Shown here piece by piece: positions 29,708-40,911 of a stretch of DNA of 64,000 nucleotides. A model generated the notes under the pieces. It was not told the origin of the DNA and made no database searches. It saw nothing but the letters and a program-made list of their open reading frames with translations. The stretch's first letter is position 1, and each line of letters opens with the position of its first letter. Source of the DNA: the human T2T-CHM13v2.0 reference genome, Homo sapiens; NCBI RefSeq assembly GCF_009914755.1, contig NC_060933.1; one strand, written 5' to 3'. The translations under genes and the position numbers were made by a program.

Positions 29708-31083
29708 TTATTAAGCGGCAGAGCCCAAATTTGAAACTACACAGTCAGACTGCAGAGCCTGTGCTCTTAACCACTTAGTTGTGTGACACCTGGCAGGGTA
29801 TTTAACTTCTGCATGCCCTGTTCCCTCATTTGCAAAACACAGATAAGTAGGGATGATAAGACATTCCCTTCAAAGAATTATGTTGATTAACTGAGCTAAG
29901 GCATTCACCATACTCACAGTAAGCATTCAGTAGTTTAGGTGCCCTACACATTGGAGCAGGGTTGAGGAAGGGAAAGAGTACAATCCAATGGGCTATTAAT
30001 TATTCATTGTTACTGTTGATAATAATAGTTATCATGCATTGAGAGCCAACTGAGCATAGGCCACCCTACAAGGTAAAAATTATGTCTGTTTTACAGATGA
30101 AGAAACTGAGTTTCACATAAATTATGTAAATTACCTAAAGCTATCCAGTTAATAAGTGACAGAACAGAGCTCTTGTTTAAACACTGGGCCCTTGACTCCA
30201 AAGCCTGCAGTTCCCAGCACCCCCAGGGTCACCAAAACCTGGCCTCTCCTGGGGGAGGTCAGGGCTGAGGCCAACAAGCCCAAGTCACACCCTTTACCAC
30301 CTGGGACCTGATTTTCTCCAGGTGAGCAATGTTTTCTTAAAAGAACAGGAGGACAGTAAATAATTAACCAAGACAGTTTCTCCCTCCCTGAAGCCAAGGT
30401 AGAACCTCCCCACTACAGCCAACCGCCACTCTCCTCACTGCTGTTTCCTCTGTGCTCAAGTTTGTGGCCATTAAATAGAAGAGGAGAAAGTTTGAGCCAG
30501 GCATGAAATATTTATCAGTTAATTACAATATGCAGATTCTGTTCCTAGGGGTGATTTATCTTTTTGGAAATATAGGAAAAGATCCTGGAAACTTGTATCC
30601 TAATTGCTTGGCCTATTATTGTAGCAACCAGGTAGAAACTGCATTTACTATGTAACTACAAATTTTCCAACTACTAGAGGTATCTGCCTCTGCTTCTATC
30701 ACTGGTGATCTGGGGACCATATGCTTTTCTGATAAGAGATGAGCCTCTTAGAGGTCAATTTGTCAATTCCTCTGTCTCCTCTTGGGGTGGCCCCTTTGTA
30801 AATTCTAATAGCTATAGGAAATGAAAAGGGTGAGAGTCTCTGAAATTCTGGGATCTCAAGAGAAGCTAATTCTAAGTGAAAACCTCCCGGACTGAAGCAG
30901 TGCCTGTGGTGAGGGGATGTCCAAGGTTGAGAAGCAGCTCTCAGCTGAGTATCCCTCCCCTCTCTTGCTCTGGCAGAAGTGTCAGCCTTCCCCTTATCTC
31001 TTGTATCATTTCCTAGGGCCTGCATCTCAACCTCTGGCTACACATTAGCAACCTGGGGAGTTTTAAAAATCCAGATGCCATGC

Positions 31084-31592
31084 TGTATATGTGCCACATT
31101 TTCTTAATCCAGTCTATCATTGTTGGACATTTGGGTTGGTTCCAAGTCTTTGCTATTGTGAATAATGCCGCAATAAACATTCATGTGCATGTGTCTTTAT
31201 AGCAGCATGATTTATAGTCATTTGGGTATATACCCAGTAATGGGATGGCTGGGTCAAATGGTATTTCTAGTTCTAGATCCCTCATATACACCATGGAATA
31301 CTATGCAGCCATAAAAAATGATGAGTTCGTGTCCTTTGTAGGGACATGGATGAAATTGGAAATCATCATTCTCAGTAAACTATCGCAAGAACAAAAAACC
31401 AAACACTGCATATTCTCACTCATAGGTGGGAACTGAACAATGAGATCACGTGGACACAGGAAGGGGAATATCACACTCTGGGGACTGTGGTGGGGTGGGG
31501 GGAGGGGGGAGGGATAGCATTGGGAGATATACCTAATGCTAGATGACGAGTTAGTGGGTGCAGCACACCAGCATGGCACATGTATACATATG
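31084..31592 (+). mobile_element. L1PA2-like 3' fragment, 5'-inverted, no poly(A)
   Basis: 31084-31282 is antisense ORF2 end and 31283-31592 is sense ORF2 end plus 3'UTR. GATGACGAGTTAG is non-Ta. It stops at TATACATATG. Confidence 0.9.
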
Positions 31593-31669
31593 CCCAGGCC
31601 CTACTACAGGCCAACCAAATTGGAATCTCTGGAGGTGGGACCCAGGCATCAGTATTTTAAAAAACTTGT

Positions 31670-31979
31670 GGCTGGGCATGGTGGCTCACACCTGTAATCC
31701 CAGCATGTTGGGAGGCCGAGGCGGGCGGATTACCTGAGGTGAGGAGTTTGACACAAGCCTGGCAAACATGGTGAAACCCTGTCTCTATTAAAAATACAAA
31801 AATTAGCTGGGCATGGTGGCAAGCACCTGTAATCGCAGCTACTCGGGAGGCTGAGGCAGGGATAATTGCTTGAACCCAGGAGGCAGAGGTTGTAGTGAGC
31901 CGAGATGTGCCACCGCACTCTATCCTGGGTGACAAGAGCAAGACACCATCTCAAAAACAAAAATGAGCAAACAAAAAAA
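31670..31979 (+). mobile_element. AluSx-like
   Basis: Full Alu with an A-rich tail. Confidence 0.95.
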
Positions 31980-32499
31980 CTCGCTGGGGGTTCCAATGTG
32001 CAGTGAAAGTTGAGACCCTCTAGAGCTAATAGAAGAGTATCACTGCCCGGTAAATGGATCCTGCTCCCCATTCTGCTATTTACATATGAGGTCCCCTGTA
32101 GGAGGGCCTGGTGCTAGGTGTCCCGGCGAGATGTGGACATCTTTCTGGCTCTTCTCCTTCTCTTATCTAAGTCCTCACATGGTGGGAAAATACCTCTCTA
32201 ATGCTATGTAGAAAGAGAAGCAGGGAGTGCCCCTTCTAGCGTGGATGCCTTTGGTTCCCAGATCTGGATTTGAGGGGCTGGCTCTATCTCTTAAGAAGAC
32301 ATTTACCTAGCATTGGTAATGGAGATGGGGCCTTAATAGGGCTAGGGAGGCACACCCAACTCCAGACCCAGCTCTCTGCTGTTCCCCTTCCCAGTGCACA
32401 CAATCCCAATTCCCACTCCAGAAAATTTTTTAAAAACATATATTAAAAAAAAAACCTCGAAAAGCCAAGCAGACCCTCAGCTTCAAGGTATCTCCTCAT

Positions 32500-32540
<41 letters not shown>

Positions 32541-32891
32541 GAATCTACAAAGAAGGAGTGAGTTTTGTCTCTCCAAGTACTCAGAGCCTTAGATCACAAA
32601 GGGGCCTTAGATCCTGGTCTTTGGGAGATCTTTGACCACCACCTCTGCTGTGGCAGGACCATTGTCAAAATGCTAGAAAGAAGAGAGACTGGCTCTTAGA
32701 CCAAGGGAATTTGGGATTTGAAAGGACTTCCAATTCCAGTTCTATAGATTTCCTTCCCATTAGCCTCTTCATGTGCATCAAATGTAAATGGCAGGCTAAA
32801 CCTACAGGATGAAGAGAGTTGAAAGACTGCTGCCTAAAAATGCCCTTTTCCAAATCTGTGGGTGCAGAAGCACATTGAAAGGCAGCTACCC

Positions 32892-33063
32892 AGCCTGGCG
32901 GTGTGGCACATGCCTGCAGTCTCACATACTTAAGAGGCTAAGGTGGGAGGACTACTTGAGCCCAGGAGTTTGAGGCTTCAGTGAACTATGATGGTGCCAC
33001 AACACTCCAGCCTGGGAAACAGAGCTGGACCCCATTTCCAAAAAAAAAAAAAAAAAAAAAAAA
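32892..33063 (+). mobile_element. Alu monomer (FLAM/FRAM)
   Basis: Single arm plus A tail; TSD-like GCAGCTACCCA / GTAGTTACCCA. Confidence 0.85.
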
Positions 33064-33539
33064 GTAGTTACCCAGGTAAGGTGGATGATCAAGTACACTC
33101 AGTGAGAAGCACACAAACCTTACCCTTTACCCAAACTCTCTCCCTTACCTGGCCCATTTCCGGTCTCTAGAGGAGGATCAGTTAGGGGGTGTGACCCAAG
33201 TTACCCAGATAATTAACTGTGGAAGCAAGTTTTTTTTTCACTCCTTTGGCCTCTAAATATGAGAGATCTTTACATCTCTTGCCTAGCTCCCTCTTATTCT
33301 CTACCCTCTCCCCAACACACACGCAAATCCTAACAACAAAAAATCCTAAATATAGGAAGACAAACCTTCCTGACTTACCATTTTGGCCCACCTGCAACCC
33401 CTGTCCCCCGCCCCCTCCCCAATGTTTTTCTCTCCTGAGCCTCTGCTCTTCGCTTCTAAAATAAAAAAAAAAAGAAGAAGAAGAAGGAATTTTCAATAGT
33501 CCAACTTGTCAAGCGAAGACCATCTTTTAACCTTCAACA

Positions 33540-33900
33540 GCAGCGAAAGCCGTGTGAACTCTTGGTGAACCAAGACTGAAGTCATAAATCACGCGTACAA
33601 AGGCGGCTGCGGAGGCTGGCGCGGGCTGCTGCACCTTTAACGCTTTCTGGCGCTGACAGGCGGCGGCCCAGCTAAAGTTCACAGCGCCCCGGGAGGGCCC
33701 GCCTCCGCCTCCCCTCCCGCCCCCGCCTCCCCTCCCCCAGGCCGGCCCCGGCCCCCGGCCCCGGACCGGCCCGCCGCGCGGCCGCTTGAGCTGCGAGCTG
33801 AGGAGGCCCGTTGGCTGTTCCCGCAAAGAGTGGGGGGCGCATTTTCTCTCCTGCCAGCCCGCTCCATCCTGGTCGTTTATTCCCGGCCTTCCCTCACCCC
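33540..33900. promoter_or_regulatory. CpG island / GC-box promoter-enhancer
   Basis: Very high CpG and many GC boxes; TGATTTATGAC (minus, 33581-33591) and TGACAG 33654-33659. Confidence 0.75.
33555..33571 (-). promoter_or_regulatory. DR5 retinoic acid response element
   Basis: The minus strand reads GGTTCA-CCAAG-AGTTCA, a perfect RGKTCA-N5-RGKTCA of the Hox RARE type. Confidence 0.7.
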
Positions 33901-35267
33901 CCACCCCCACAGCCTGCTGTACGTAAATAGGCAAATAGATCTACAGGGACACAATAATTTAGCTTGGTTGGTCTTTGGCATTTTCTACAAGACCCCAAGA
34001 GATGGACTTTCCTCTCCCCTTCCTCCTTTTAGAAATGGCATCCTTCATCTCTGTCTAGGCAGGCCCAATTATCCAGATCCTCGGGGCTCCAATAGGGTCT
34101 GAGTCATTGGAACCAGGAACACCTGGCTGAAACATGCCACATAATTAGATTTTGTTTTTCTTTACCTTTTCTTTCTTATTTTTATAAGAGGCCCGGAATT
34201 AGCCTCTTCGACTGGGGCGGAGTAGCTGGGGTGTGAGAAAGGAACACCTTCATACAACTTCCAGCTTTCAGCCCCTTGGAGAGATTTCCAAATTCCCCGG
34301 AGCCTCTAGGACTTCCTTTCCTCGATCTCTCGGCCACCTCCTCCTCCTTCTCCGATCTTTTTTTTTTCCCTCCTCCCACTGTCTTCTCTACGGTTTAATC
34401 AAAGTTCAGCTACTCCACTTGCCTCTCCTCTCATTTCTTTCGGAAAGGGGAAACCAGACGACCCAGCGGCCACGGGACGAGTCACCCCAACTCAACCCCA
34501 GCAGGACGCTGGAGGGGCCTCCCTTGCCCACCTCTCTTCGCTGGCACTGGCCTCCCGCACCCGGGTCTGCAGTCCCTCCGCCATCTCACAAGTGTGCAGC
34601 CGCTAGGCCTGGGGGATCCGAATGACTGGGGCTGGATAGGAATGCCTTCGTGTTTCCCAAGACCCCCGGGCCTGCTCCACAAAGTTTGAAGGGTGGGTAC
34701 ACCCCGACCCAGGCAAGTTACTCCCCCAAACCCATGACTGACTAATCTGATATGACAAAAGCCCATGATGGATTTGGTATATGTTAATTCACAATGCCCT
34801 TTCCTCCAGAATTTAACTATAAGTTAATACACACCGGAAACCACGCGCATACACGCTCCTTAATGGGCTTAGTAATGTATTAGCGAGTCCTAACGATGCA
34901 TACAAATGTGCTCTGCGCTCTGTAGACTCCTCAAGATTTATGGGCCTTGAGCTCTCTGAAGCTGTAAACAAGGAGAAAAAAAAAAGAGAAAGCGAAAGCG
35001 ACTGGGGGGAAGAGACAGAGGCCTGACTCGCCCCTCCAGGTTTTGGAGAGAAGGGATTCTTTATGTATTTTCCTTTCCTTGCAAGCTCGGTGCGTGTGGG
35101 TTTTGGCGTTGGTCTGGGGGTGGTGTTCTGCCTGAATGCTGGTGTGCGTGGGCAGTGTGTTGTTTGCGTGCTGGGGTAGGATGCCTGCCTCTTCGGATTG
35201 CTGTGCAGGGGCCTGAACACAGCAGACATTTGTGAGCATATATGCGTGAGTGTGCACTGTGTTAGGG

Positions 35268-35281
35268 TGTGTGTGTGTGTA

Positions 35282-35314
<33 letters not shown>

Positions 35315-35320
35315 CAGACA
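35268..35320. repeat. (GT)n-(GA)n microsatellite
   Basis: Directly visible. Confidence 0.95.
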
Positions 35321-35799
35321 GGGAGAGGCAGGCTTCCCCCTGGGCCAGGCTGCTGTCCCTTGAACGGTGGTGAACAAATCTCTAACGACAATCTTAATAA
35401 CAATAAATAATGAATAATAATAATAAAACAGTAGTTAACAGTCCCTGCATAACAGAATAACAATAAAATGCAAGAGGAAATATTTTGAGGTGGAGACAGA
35501 AGGAGTCAGGATCACAGCATCTGAGGGGGAGATAGGAAAGGAAGGGAGGAAGAAAGCTTCTTAATATGCTCTTGGTGGGGCTGGGGTTGGGAACCCCTTT
35601 CCCAGACAAGGGATGGAAGAGGAGAAGGAGAGCCAGGAGGCCACTCTTTATTGCTTTTTTTCTCAGGCTTCTGCTTTGTGTGATCAGGGAAGGGATCCCA
35701 CATATGGGAATGGTTAATGGATTTTGGGACTCTCTAGGAGCCCCTGTTTTAAGAAGGAGGCCAAATGTGCAGGCTCAGGCCAAGCAGCAGAGATGAATG

Positions 35800-36900
35800 A
35801 CGTGATGACCACAGCCTTGATCCGGCAGGAGCTCAGAGATGCCCGGGAAGACGGGGGGCCCGAATGGAAGCAGAAAAACACTTATGGCCGCTGGGAAGTT
35901 GGGAGAGCCAGGCTGGGGCTCCGGCAGGCCCAGGGAAAGTTCCCTTTCTAGGCTCTTTATTAAAAAATTTAAAAGGAGGAGTTGAGGCGCCTTGAATTTT
36001 CCTTCGCGAGTTTGGAGACCAGCCGATTTTTCATGAAGCAAGCAAGGGCCGCGGTCCCGGATCCTGCAACATATACCTCATTTTCTCCAGGTACAGTTTT
36101 CTGGTCATTTAATTCGTTTGTTTTCTTGGGGGAGATGGGAATCACAGGCGTAGAGATAGTAAGTTTGCTAGAGAGGAAGCCACCCCACAGTTTCGGGTCT
36201 AATGAAATCCCTCCTTTAAAAACATTTGTACCCCCAATAAAAATAAAATTAAAGAGGAATATAGAAACACAAATTAGCCAACTTTTTTAAAAGAGAAAAA
36301 AGAAAAGAAAATCATCGTAACAGATGAGCGTGAGAACTTCTAAAAAATTTGTCACGAACCCTTTCAGAGGTCTGGATTCTTTTTCAGTAGCCGGTGACCC
36401 ATTTGGTCTGAAAAGAGAAATACACTATCCACTGAGTCACTTATTTAAAGCCAGCACACACACACACACACACGCATTCAGAAAGCCCTGGGTGCCCTCG
36501 CATTTGAAAACAACACCGGGTGGAGGACGCTGCGATACCTAATTGGACAAAACAGCAATAAAATAAGACCAGTGGAAGTGCTGAGCACAGGGCGCAGGGC
36601 TAGGGCCCAGGTTTTGTGTTCCAGGCTGCCGGCGAGGCAGCGGCCCCGGGAGATGGGGCGCCGGGCGGTCAGGCACCGGCTGGCGACTCTGCTCGGCCTC
36701 CGCAGCCCGGCCTGCAGCCCCTTTCCCCCAGCCTCTGGGCCTTGTGGGCTCTCTCCGCTCCGACGCCTGTTCGGGGCTTCCCTGTTGAGAGGGTTTTAGG
36801 CCGAAGAGCCGAACGACTCAAGCCAGACTCTGCTTTTTCATTTTTCTCCCTTAGGCCTCTCCACTTGCCCGAGCTCTCAGCCACCAGGAGACAGACGGAA
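35800..36900. promoter_or_regulatory. CpG-rich region
   Basis: CpG retained, densest at 36590-36820; no TE recognised. Confidence 0.55.
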
Positions 36901-38724
36901 GGGGCTTCTGGGCTGTGTTGGGAGCGGGCATTGTCCCCTACCCACTCCTGCACAGTTTCCCAAAGTCCAGCGACCTCCGACCCTCCTTGGGGGAAAAAAT
37001 ACCAGTACCCAGACACCTCTGCACCCTGTTATATGACTGGGCTTGCTTCAGGAATATCTTACAAAGAAGAAGAAGGAGGAGGAACGGCTTGGAGTCATGT
37101 TTACATCTAGTTCTACTGATCCGTTCACATCTGGAGAGTTTATTTATAACTCCCTCTATAACTCTCTGTTTGGAGGCACTGGTGGCTCTACTGACAGACT
37201 GATGTCTAGGAAATATTGCTCTATGTCTAATGGTACCTAAATGTGCTGTGGTTGTATTTACAGATTTACGTTTGAGGGAAATATAATTATTTCCATTGTA
37301 TTTGTGCATATACAGTAGTTATAGGAGCAGATTTATATATGGGAAAATATGCGACTCCCTTACAGCCATCCGGCTTTATGTACATTTGATATCCTGACAG
37401 ATTTATATCTCTGAAGAGCTATATAGATTAAAACGTATATTGTTAGAATTATGTATCAGGAGATATATACTTATTGATTGCGAAATAGAGTAGTTAGAGC
37501 ATTCACTTAGAGCCATATATGGCTATGGAGATATTTCTATATTATTATCACTATATATAGGCATATCTATTTATAACTGCATAGTTATAAAAATAGACAT
37601 AAGTAATTATAGTCCTATATGTGCATGCTGCAATCTCTCTCTAGAGTTATAGACACTTTCAAATATAACTCTATAGAGAGATCTGTATGTATATAAGGTG
37701 TAATTATCTAGTGATGTGTTTACGTTGGGACTTAGGCCCGTCTCTCTAGAACAGACACTGGGAGAGACTTATTCACAGATATCTGCAGAGGGCCAACTGG
37801 AAACACTGTATCTACCCTCTAGGAAACCAGCTAGGAGAGTTGTGTACTTATGGAGGGATGGAGTTACAAAAGGGTAAATAGAGCTCAGGGAGCCTTAAGG
37901 AGGGGAGGTGAATGGAGGGTGGGTGGGCTCGGTTTGAACAGATAGTGGGAGGAAAGGGGTAAACACCAGCACCCACCAGAAGGCGAGAACCAGTTTTGTG
38001 AGGGGCTGGTGCAGATGACTGTGGACAAGGAGCTTGTAAAATGAGAAGCGGCTAACAGTCCTGCCACCTCACCCTGAGACACTCTCCACCGAGGAAGCAG
38101 CCTTCAGTTTGGCTTTTAGTGCACTGTAGGATAGGGACTGTCGTGTCACTCCTGTAGTCCTAGAGCGTTTCTCTTGAACCCTAATTTTTAGGTCTCAAAG
38201 AGTGGGCTTCAGAGATAAAGACGTTTAGGCAGGGACAGGGCGAGGAGCGTGGGGTGTACTTTCGCTTTCCAACAAGTAAGGTAATCCAGGAAAGTGAGTT
38301 AATTTGGCCAAATAAAGCTTGTTTTTATGTGGGCCTCCTGTGCCCTGGTGGGGATGTAGGATGGGACCAGAATCTGGTGGACTGAGGAGTGAATTTCCAA
38401 GTATTGGGCCTGCTCTGATGGGGGCTTGGGGAGGTTGTCCTCACCACCCGCCCTCCTTCTCTGAGGCCTGAGTGGCCTAATTCCCTCTGGGTACAGAGGG
38501 ACTCCTTCAGCTCCCTAACAGTGCTGCCCTGGGTCTTTTCAGGGAGAATTTGACTTTAGGAACAGGGAACATGGACTTACCCCACTAGATCTCACTTCTC
38601 CTACTCACAGCTACACCACTCTTATGTCAGCCTCCTTCCAGGCGCCACTCGGCGAGGGGTCCACAGTTCTTCCCCTGCTACCAACCAGCCCAGTGGGGAA
38701 ATACCTCCCACGACTGCCAGTTTT

Positions 38725-38764
<40 letters not shown>
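38725..38764. repeat. (GT)n microsatellite
   Basis: Directly visible. Confidence 0.95.
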
Positions 38765-38768
<4 letters not shown>

Positions 38769-40569
38769 AACCAGGAAGTTACAGATAACTTCATTAACTG
38801 CGTGAAGGAATTGTCCTGAACTCAGTCTCTGTGGCCAACCTAGCCTCCAGGATCTCTAGGATGCTAGGAAGGGAGTGGAGACCCTTGGACCAGGCTAACC
38901 ACCATGTGCCATCCTCCACACACCCCTGCCCACAGGACTAGGAATTCCTGCAGTGCAGGGACTCTGTCTGCTGCCTGGCACAGAATGGTTGCCCAAACAT
39001 ACTTCTTGAGGTAAACGGAATGGCAGTCAATACAAAAACTCACCCTCACTCTGCACACCACCATAGCCACTGCTGGCTAGCAGGCACCCTAGCCAGGCTA
39101 GGAGATAACATGGTGGCTGGCAGCAGCTTGGGCTTTGACCGGACCAGTGGTTAGTAGCGTGGGAGAGCATCCTGAGTCTAGGATGGGGCAGGGACTGGAG
39201 CAAGGCACCTGGAATCCAGAAATTTGGGGGTAAGCCAAGGCAGACCCACCGCCCCAGTGCACTTCTGCTTTCTATCTCCAGTCTCATGGCTCCCTGGACC
39301 CCCAAAAGTTATGAAAACTAAACCAGAGCTGAGAACTGGGCTAGGATGGAATTGCCTGTCAACCCGAGGGATGCAAAGAGGAACCACCGTTGGGTCCATT
39401 AAGAAATCCACAAATAAAATAAAAATAAATCAGTGTGACACAGACAACCTGGCTGAAGGAAAGGTTTCTCTCTATGCCTCAGCCCTGCTCCAGGGCTACC
39501 AAACAGATCAGGCTTAATATTTAAAATGTTTAATAGTTAAAATTTTTTAACAATTTAACTTTAAAAAGGTCACACATTTTCTGATCCAGCAATGCCCCAA
39601 TCAGATTGTTTCATTTTATTATTATTATCAACACTGTCCCCTTTTTGGCACCTGTAAAATAGTTCCTTTCGGGAGTTTGGAGCCAGGCCAGGCACCGTCG
39701 GTGCATGGGATGAGATGGGCAGGTTTGGAGCTCCTCTGTCTAGTGAGGATCACGGTCTGCAGAGAAGGGTTGGCCTCCCCGTCTCCTATCAAGGCTTAAA
39801 GCAAGGAGAACCATCCCAAATTTGGTTCCTTTTCCCCTAAGTATCCTTAGAGGCAATCCACCCTGTGACTAGGTGACTAGGTGAAGGACTGAGGTCCAGA
39901 AAGGAGCTATCTTAAACCTGGAATCCCATTTCCTAGTCTGCAGCCTTAAGCAGTTACCCTCTCAGACAACTAGCCCTCTCCTTCCTCCGCATGAAAACCC
40001 ATGGCTTACAGGGATGGTTGTTGCTTTCCCTAAAGAAATTCAGGAAGGGAGATGTGAGGGTCAGTTCTCAGCGGTGGCGTTCTTTAAAGGGGACGCAGCC
40101 TGACTGCCAGGAGGGGAGAACGAGTCGGCCCAGCCAATGCGCATGCGCGAAGCACAAGCGGTTTCTCCCGTCACAGTGGTTCCCACGGTTGTCTTAGAAA
40201 CCAGTCCCCCAGGCTTGGCAAAGGGGGAGACTTCCGTGGCAGTGCTTGGGTGTCAAGGCTCTGAGGCTCCGGCCTGACGGCTCCACTGGGTCGAGGGGAA
40301 AGTCTCCGGATGCCAAGAGTCACAAAGGGCCGAACAGGGTGAGGAAACCCGACGCAGAGTCCGGAGAAGGCAGCATGGAATCCCTCCCTCAGGCCTCTCT
40401 GGACGGTGTTGGTGGGGGTGAGTCTCCCCAAAAGTCGTGACGCGGTGATCTCGAGGACAGGACGGCCTGCGTGCCCCTGGGGTGCTCTCTCACCGAAGGG
40501 TCTTTCTCGTCGAAAGCAGAACCCCACAGCCTCAGGGGTTGCCTGGGTGTGTGTCTTTCAATGCCTTTG

Positions 40570-40911
40570 CTATAAGACTCTGTGTGTGTGTCTGTGTGTG
40601 TATGTGTGTGTGTGTCTCCCATTCTCTCTTCTCTCTCTGTCTCTCAGTCTCTGTGTGTTTCTTTCCCTCTCTCTGTCGGTTTGTGTGTGTGTGCCCGTGT
40701 GCGTGTGTGTCCTTGGCCGAATGTGCCCTGTGCACCACAAAGCTGTTTCTCGCATGGTGGCCTGTCTTTGGTGAGCCTGTTTCTGCCTCTCTGCCTGGGT
40801 CATGAGACCGGTTGTCAATCCTTTTCGCCGACGCGGTTCCGCTTTGGGTGTGTGAAGGCCTGGCCCACGTGAGGAGATTCTTCGGTCCCGGAGCAATTGA
40901 AATATCCCCAT
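40570..40911 (-). ncRNA. FAM27E3: FAM27E-family ORF (113 aa; dubious protein, likely lncRNA)
   Basis: Translation MGIFQLLRDRRISSRGPGLHTPKAEPRRRKG...HTHRVL matches the FAM27E3-type sequence as I recall it. The exact paralog cannot be determined, and the ORF lies within satellite. Confidence 0.55.

Larger units (their letters stand above)
31025..32020. mobile_element. MER5A split by L1 and Alu insertions
   Basis: Pieces at 31025-31080, 31593-31668 and 31980-32020 join into one MER5A. Confidence 0.75.

Noticed and set aside
34813-35463. 216-aa minus-strand ORF
   Set aside because: Runs through (GT)n and (AAT)n repeats; no domain.
37100-37720. TA-rich tract with short near-palindromes
   Set aside because: Consistent with decayed (TA)n low-complexity DNA, which is self-complementary by composition.
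39851-39863. 13-mer AGGCAATCCACCC shared with the satellite monomer
   Set aside because: No flanking similarity and ~200 bp from the junction; probably chance.
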